From Chthoniobacteraceae bacterium (GTDB taxonomy: Bacteria; Verrucomicrobiota; Verrucomicrobiia; Chthoniobacterales; Chthoniobacteraceae): 18,403 nucleotides of DNA. The notes under the pieces are model-generated. The model worked only from the letters and a program-made list of their open reading frames with translations, made no database searches and was not told the DNA's origin. The position numbers and the translations under genes are program-made. Within the stretch, counting starts at the first letter, position 1. Each line of letters starts with the position of its first letter. The DNA is taken from contig JBEBGD010000112.1 in NCBI GenBank assembly GCA_040081625.1, forward strand, positions 1-18,403. Reading direction: 5' to 3'. Shown one piece after another: positions 13,711-18,403 of this stretch.

Positions 13711-14675
13711 GACAGTGCCCGCAGTGATGCGGCCTCGGTTTGGCGGCGCTCGATCGCGCGCGCTAGGTTTTCGATCGTGCGGCGCTCGCGTTCGAGCCGC
13801 GTCTCCCAGCGGCGGCAGCGGGCCTGCCTCTCTGCGAGTCGCTGTCGCATTCGCTCGAGATCATCGAGGGCGGCAGGCAGCGCGGCGGCGCCGGCGATGG
13901 TGGCCTCGATCTGCGCGAGACGCGTGGGGCGCGGCCGGGCGTCGCCGCGTTCGTAGTCGGAGAGCGTGCGCTTGTCCGGGATGCCGAGCAGGGCGCAGGC
14001 TTGCGACTGGTCGAGGCCGCGGGCTTTGCGCCACGCGCGGAGCCGCTGCGGAAGGGCGATCTCGGCGTGGCCGTCGGCGCTCAGCGCGGGGCCGCGCGCG
14101 ATGATCTGCTCGATGCTGGCGAGGCGCGAGGCGCAGGGCATCGCGCGGCTGCGCTCGTAGTGGGAGAGGGTGGCCTTGTCGCTGATGCCGAGCAGGGCGC
14201 AGGCTTGCCGCTGGTCGCGCCGGCTGGCTTTGCGCCACGCGCGCAGGCGCGGGCCGAAGTCCAGGTCGCGGCGCGATGGCTTCGACGGCGGCGGCGCGCA
14301 GAGGATCGGCAGGACTCGCAGCAGGGTGCGCGGACCGGGCGCTTTGATCAGGTGCTCCCACGCGTGGACCGTGGCGGCTGTGACGCCGAGCGCTTTGCCC
14401 GCGAGGTTTTGACTGAGGCCACCGCTTTCACGCCACGCGCTGAGTTTGGCGGCGAAGTCTGCGGCGGCCGCGCACGCGTTTTGTTTTCGCGCGGACTGGC
14501 CGCGCAGGCGGCGTGCGATTTCGGCGAGCCGGGGCGGCTTGGGAACCCGGCGCAGATTCTTCAGATCGCAAAATGCGCTGAGGCTGAGGCCGAGGGTGGC
14601 GGCGGATTCGGCGTCGGTGTAGCCGGTGGTGTCGCGGAATTCGCGCAGGGCGAAGGAGAGTTCGACGGCGTTCAT
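13707..14675 (-). CDS. Protein with four tandem XRE-HTH domains and a C-terminal coiled coil (322 aa)
   Basis: Four (F/L)..L..(W/F)R...Q..A...LG....L...E....P units; TGATG and ATGA coupling at the ends. Confidence 0.8.
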   Translation of the reverse strand: MNAVELSFALREFRDTTGYTDAESAATLGLSLSAFCDLKNLRRVPKPPRLAEIARRLRGQSARKQNACAAAADFAAKLSAWRESGGLSQNLAGKALGVTAATVHAWEHLIKAPGPRTLLRVLPILCAPPPSKPSRRDLDFGPRLRAWRKASRRDQRQACALLGISDKATLSHYERSRAMPCASRLASIEQIIARGPALSADGHAEIALPQRLRAWRKARGLDQSQACALLGIPDKRTLSDYERGDARPRPTRLAQIEATIAGAAALPAALDDLERMRQRLAERQARCRRWETRLERERRTIENLARAIERRQTEAASLRALS

Positions 14676-15262
14676 CAGGCGGCGGCGGTTTGGGCTGCGT
14701 CGATCTGCGCGCGGGCTTCGAGGATTCTCTCCACGCAGTAGCGGGCGTGATCGAGGGCGATGTTTTCGCCGCGGCGGAAGGTTCGCCGGCGCCAGTAGGT
14801 GCCGTCGTCGCCACCGAAGAAGCCGCACATTTTCATAAGCCTGCGCTCGCGGAGATCGGGGCGCGCGTGGAACTGGACGATGACGCGGCCGCGCTCGGGG
14901 CTGTCCTCGATGACGATGTCGCCGTGGCGTTCGCGCGTGCCGGGGGTGTCGGCGGCGAGCTGCTCGGCGGCGATGCGCTGCTCGGTCGCGCGGGCCTTTG
15001 CCGCGAGGCGCAGGATGGTGGCGACGTTCATGGTCTCGACGGCTTCGCGCAGGGCGTAGCGCAGGACTTCGAGGCGCTTGTCGAGCAGGGGCATGGTCAT
15101 CACGCCGCCGCTGTGGACGGTGGCGAAACGCTGCTGGCACTTGGTGAGCAGCGGGGCTTCGCGCCATTGATCGCGGACGACGGGCGCGGGCTCGTCGCCT
15201 TCGTCGGGGTATCGGAAGTCCACCGTGGGGACGGCGGTGGTGTCGTCGAAGCCGATGTTCAC
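14675..15262 (-). CDS. Hypothetical phage protein (195 aa), C-terminus resembles DUF3560-type C-terminal domains
   Basis: AAGGAGG SD plus GTG start; IEDSPERGRVIVQFHARPD...R..MK..GF.....YWRR pattern. Confidence 0.7.
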   Translation of the reverse strand: MNIGFDDTTAVPTVDFRYPDEGDEPAPVVRDQWREAPLLTKCQQRFATVHSGGVMTMPLLDKRLEVLRYALREAVETMNVATILRLAAKARATEQRIAAEQLAADTPGTRERHGDIVIEDSPERGRVIVQFHARPDLRERRLMKMCGFFGGDDGTYWRRRTFRRGENIALDHARYCVERILEARAQIDAAQTAAA

Positions 15263-15504
15263 AGCGCACCTCCTTCAATCGCGGTGACGATGGCCCGCAG
15301 GGTGAACCCGCGCGGCATCGCGCGTCCGGTTTCCCAGCGTTCAACCGTGCGCTCCGTGCAGCACAAGGCGCTTGCGGCTTCTGCGAGCGTCAAGGCGCGG
15401 AGTGCGCGCCACGCGATGATGAGTTTTGCGAACTGCGCGGTGCTCGCCGCGCGCGAGCCGGATTTGTCCGGCGTTGTCGTTGTTTGGGATGTGATGCGTT
15501 TCAC
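15259..15504 (-). CDS. XRE/Cro-family HTH protein (81 aa)
   Basis: LTLAEAASALCCTERTVERWETGRAMP. Confidence 0.8.
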   Translation of the reverse strand: MKRITSQTTTTPDKSGSRAASTAQFAKLIIAWRALRALTLAEAASALCCTERTVERWETGRAMPRGFTLRAIVTAIEGGAL

Positions 15505-15524
15505 CCCAATCTTCTGCCAGCCAT

Positions 15525-15716
15525 GCCCCGCGGTAATCCATCGCGAGCCCGCACCAAATCTTGCCCGCGCTACGTCACCATCGGCCGCGCTGGCGCGAAA
15601 ACTGAGCCCGCGCCACTCCTCTGTTTTTCATGGGAAGTTCGATTTTTGGCGGCTCGTAGAAATCCCCTGAGAGTCGCTAAGACTGCCCGAAGGGGGTAGC
15701 TGGGAAGAGATTCCTT
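15525..15716 (-). other. Candidate cos-like packaging site with repeated GCCCGCGCYA-like boxes
   Basis: Largest intergenic gap; minus strand GGAATCT-N30-GCGACTCTCAGGGGATTTC...AAAAAT loosely resembles lambda cosQ/cosN; boxes near 15527, 15548, 15564, 15584 and 15607. Confidence 0.35.
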
Positions 15717-15839
15717 GAGTGGGGGGCGTCCCTGATGCCTGCGACGTTTGTTCATGCGCCGGGAATGATCAGGCCACCGCCTGGCGCGTCGCTGACGATA
15801 TGCACCGACGTGGACTTGCCCGAGAACACGGTGCGCGCG

Positions 15840-16004
15840 TCATCGAGCCCTCGCCTGATCGAGTGAATCGAGGATCGCAATCTTCACCTCGTCCGGCAGT
15901 GATTGATCGAGGGACACGAGCGCCGCGGCCGTGACACAGCCGATGCGAACGCCATCGATCGCCGCCGAAGTGACGCTCTCTTCATAGACAGCCGGCTCGC
16001 TCAT
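15840..16004 (-). CDS. Hypothetical protein (54 aa, MSEPAVYE...)
   Basis: ATGA overlap with the parB stop codon. Confidence 0.5.
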   Translation of the reverse strand: MSEPAVYEESVTSAAIDGVRIGCVTAAALVSLDQSLPDEVKIAILDSLDQARAR

Positions 16005-17740
16005 CCCTTCCGCTTTCCGGGCGTCTGGACTTTCACCCCGAACACCTTCGCCGCCGACTGCACCGCGGTGTTGTCCGCGTGGTCGTAATCCCAGAGCAGC
16101 GTCTCGACGCAAATCCCGCGCAGTGTCTTGCCGTCGGCCTTCGCGATCAAAGCCATCATCGCCTTGCGCTTCGCGTCCCAACCCTCGCCGCACTTGATCC
16201 CGCGGCGTTCAAGCATTGCACCGCTTCCGCCGCGCTCGGTGAGCTTCATCACGATCAGCCGCAGCATGTCGGCGTTGAACTCGCGCGACTCCGCCACCGT
16301 CACGATCCGCCCGATGATCTCGCCGCTCTCTGCTTTCTGCCGCGCCTCCTTTTCCTCGCGCCGCTTCTTCTCCGTCTCTTCGCTCGACTTCTTCGCGCGG
16401 ACCTTCTCGGCCGTGCTCACCTTCGCGAACGCATGACCTGCGAGCTTGAGCGCCTTCTCCGCGGCCGTCCGTGCGTAGAGCACGCGCAAGGTTGGATTAT
16501 ATCCGCCCTTCGCCACGATCGCCTGCGGCGCGTGCGTGCCGAGCAGTGACTTCCATGTGCGCCCCTGCGGATCGAGGTCGCACTTGTCGCCGACGCCGAC
16601 GTAGCCCGCCTTGAGCGAGCCGTAGTTGAACACCGAAGCGCTCTGCGCGCGCGTCATCACCTTGCAGCCCTTCGCCGCATAGTCCGCCGCCTCGATCTGC
16701 CACTTCCGCTCGACCTCCAGTTCCCTCACCGCCTCATCCGCCATCACCTTCGCCTCGCGGAAGCTCACGCTCTCCGGCTTCACCATCTGCCCGCCGCGAT
16801 ACGTCTCCTTCGCGTCGAGCATCGACTTAGCGAGCCGCGCCTGCGCGGCCGGATCATCCACCTTCCCGAGCAGCTCCGCGTGACTCGCCGGCAGCCGGCC
16901 GTCTTCGCACGCCGCGCGCGCCTCATCGGGCAGATTGAGCAGCGCAAGCCGCGCGTAGATCGTCGAGCGCTTCCGCTTCACCTGCTGCTCGAGTTCCTCC
17001 ATCGTCGTGCCGAGATCGAGCAGCCGCTTGTAAGCCCGAGCCTCGTCCAGCGGCCCGATGTCCTCGCGATCGAGGTTCTCCGTGATCTGCCACACGATCG
17101 TCGTCCGGTCGTCGAGCGAATGCACGATCGCCGGGATGTGCGTCAGTCCCACTTCGCACGCCGCGCGCCAGCGCCGCTCCCCCGCGATCAGCTCATAGTG
17201 CGGCTCGCGCAGCGTCTCCAGCCGCGCGAAGGCTTCATCGCGCTGCGAGTAGTCGAATCGCGCCACGATCTTGAACTCATCCACGCCGACGATGCCGAGA
17301 TGCGAGATCAGCAGCCAGTCGCTATGCGTCTTCGGCTTCTCCAGCTCCACGGTCAGCCCGACATACGGCCCCTGCGTCCGCACCAGCACCGGCTCCAGCA
17401 CGCCGTGTTCGCGCACACTCTCGATCAGCTCCTTCATCTTCTCCGGCTCGAACGTCTCCCGATTGAACGGGCTCCGCACGATCTTCGTCAGCTCGACGAG
17501 CTGATAGCCTCCCCCGCGCGCGATCGTGTTCTGCTGTTTCGCGGGAAGCTTCGCGAGTTCCTCCGGCGGCACGCCCGCGCGCTCGCCAGCGTTGCGTTTC
17601 GTCTTCGCGATCGCAGTCATCGCGTCTTGCACGCTCACAGTCGTGCCGCTATCGCTGCTGCCGTTCCGGGGGGAACTGGCGCGCGTCGTGTCGCTTCGAG
17701 CGGCCGGCGCGCGCTCTTCATTTTTCATCGTGGTCTTCAT
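16001..17740 (-). CDS. parB: ParB/RepB/Spo0J family protein (579 aa)
   Basis: SVREHGVLEPVLVR, YELIAGERRWRA, ENLDREDI.PLDEA, HTH (RSTIYARLALLNLP); A/C-rich unstructured leader. Confidence 0.92.
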   Translation of the reverse strand: MKTTMKNEERAPAARSDTTRASSPRNGSSDSGTTVSVQDAMTAIAKTKRNAGERAGVPPEELAKLPAKQQNTIARGGGYQLVELTKIVRSPFNRETFEPEKMKELIESVREHGVLEPVLVRTQGPYVGLTVELEKPKTHSDWLLISHLGIVGVDEFKIVARFDYSQRDEAFARLETLREPHYELIAGERRWRAACEVGLTHIPAIVHSLDDRTTIVWQITENLDREDIGPLDEARAYKRLLDLGTTMEELEQQVKRKRSTIYARLALLNLPDEARAACEDGRLPASHAELLGKVDDPAAQARLAKSMLDAKETYRGGQMVKPESVSFREAKVMADEAVRELEVERKWQIEAADYAAKGCKVMTRAQSASVFNYGSLKAGYVGVGDKCDLDPQGRTWKSLLGTHAPQAIVAKGGYNPTLRVLYARTAAEKALKLAGHAFAKVSTAEKVRAKKSSEETEKKRREEKEARQKAESGEIIGRIVTVAESREFNADMLRLIVMKLTERGGSGAMLERRGIKCGEGWDAKRKAMMALIAKADGKTLRGICVETLLWDYDHADNTAVQSAAKVFGVKVQTPGKRKG

Positions 17741-17788
17741 CGTGGGTTTTGGGTGTTGGTTTGCTTGGTTTCTGGTGGCTCTAGCTCG

Positions 17789-18403
17789 CTAAAAAAAAAC
17801 AGCCCTCAGCGTCTTCCCGACGGCCCGCGCCGCGGCCCGCGCCTTCGTGAACACCAGCCCCAGCGCCCGCCGCACCGGCCGCGCGCCAGTGCGCATCTCG
17901 TGCTTCACCTCGCCGATCGCCTCCACGATCTCGCGCACGCACGGACCTCGCACCCGGTTGATCCACGTCGGCCGCGTCCCGTCGCGCTGCCACTCCTCCG
18001 GATCGAGCGCCTCGAGCTCGCCGAGCACCCAGTTCAGCTCGTCATTCGCGAACCGATGCCCCGATCCGCCCTCACGGGCTCTCGCCCCCGATTCGCAGCG
18101 AATCGCGATCTGCCGATCCTCTTGCGAATCGCCGCGCCCGCCCGCGCGCCCGCGTGTAACTAGAGCCGGCGTTGGGACTCTCCCAACGTCGCGTTGGGAC
18201 TCTCCCAACTCCACGTTGGGAATCTCCCAACGCCCGGTTGGGACTCTCCCAACCCCCGCGGCTTCACGATCCGCCTCACCCATCGCCACCCCGAACCCCG
18301 CATCCCTCCGCTCACCCGCCGATCGCGCGACCAGCTCGGGCTGATTCGCGCTCCGATGATCCGCATCGAGTTGCGCGAACGCCGCGCACGCCTCGAGTGA
18401 TCG
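17789..18403 (-). CDS. 3' part of a probable phage replication-initiator gene (5' end outside the window)
   Basis: Frame is open from the window edge to TAG at 17789; contains iterons in a linker region like lambda O. Confidence 0.6.
   Translation of the reverse strand, partial: RSLEACAAFAQLDADHRSANQPELVARSAGERRDAGFGVAMGEADREAAGVGRVPTGRWEIPNVELGESQRDVGRVPTPALVTRGRAGGRGDSQEDRQIAIRCESGARAREGGSGHRFANDELNWVLGELEALDPEEWQRDGTRPTWINRVRGPCVREIVEAIGEVKHEMRTGARPVRRALGLVFTKARAAARAVGKTLRAVFF
18171..18253. repeat. Four palindromic iterons GTTGGGA-(C/A)TC-TCCCAAC at 22-bp period (probable replication origin)
   Basis: Copies at 18171, 18193, 18215 and 18237, each 17 bp, with 5-bp variable spacers. Confidence 0.85.

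Larger units (their letters stand above)
1..18403. mobile_element. Temperate tailed phage or prophage segment (replication, packaging and head modules)
   Basis: Terminase GpA, lambda-type portal, ClpP protease, capsid, ParB and iterons in phage-like order, with many ATGA/TGATG coupled genes; no host housekeeping genes seen. Confidence 0.95.

Noticed and set aside
14676..15344. N-terminal extension of the 545-aa ORF 13707-15344
   Set aside because: Arg/Pro-rich off-frame reading over the 195-aa gene; the coupled ATG at 14675 is the better start
15570..15755. 61-aa minus-strand ORF
   Set aside because: Atypical composition, no coupling to neighbours, overlaps the probable cis-acting region
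17741..17799. A9 tract and a single TAG separating the initiator ORF from in-frame parB (readthrough or slippage)
   Set aside because: Same frame arises by chance one time in three; the spacer looks like an ordinary A/C-rich translation leader; no stimulatory structure seen
18171..18253. Possible CRISPR array
   Set aside because: Repeats are 17 bp with 5-bp spacers, lie within an ORF and no cas genes are present; iteron geometry fits better

Overview
GC-rich (about 70% by eye) window that is entirely part of a temperate tailed phage or prophage. The minus strand carries, in transcription order from right to left: the 3' part of a probable replication-initiator gene containing four palindromic 17-bp iterons at 22-bp period; a ParB/Spo0J protein; a candidate lambda-like cos region; a cluster of XRE-HTH proteins (one with four HTH domains); and a stand-alone RarA/MgsA C-terminal-like protein. 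An inverted (+ strand) cassette follows, with a ParB-N-domain protein, a small membrane protein and a TAGT/GREB1-like glycosyltransferase. The rest is a lambda-type packaging and head module: TerS-like, GpA TerL, four to five inserted non-structural genes, gpW-like, portal, ClpP protease with nested scaffold, major capsid and head fibre. Highlights: (1) a TTGAC(A/G)-N13-16-start-codon motif in front of six genes, with a seventh copy opening a structured RNA upstream of a sigma-region-4-like HTH gene; (2) signal-peptide-like N-termini on the capsid and head-fibre proteins; (3) a putative packaging-linked DNA glycosylation cassette; (4) GTAG-family REP doublets inside the phage. All family calls are by motif recognition only; no searches were run.
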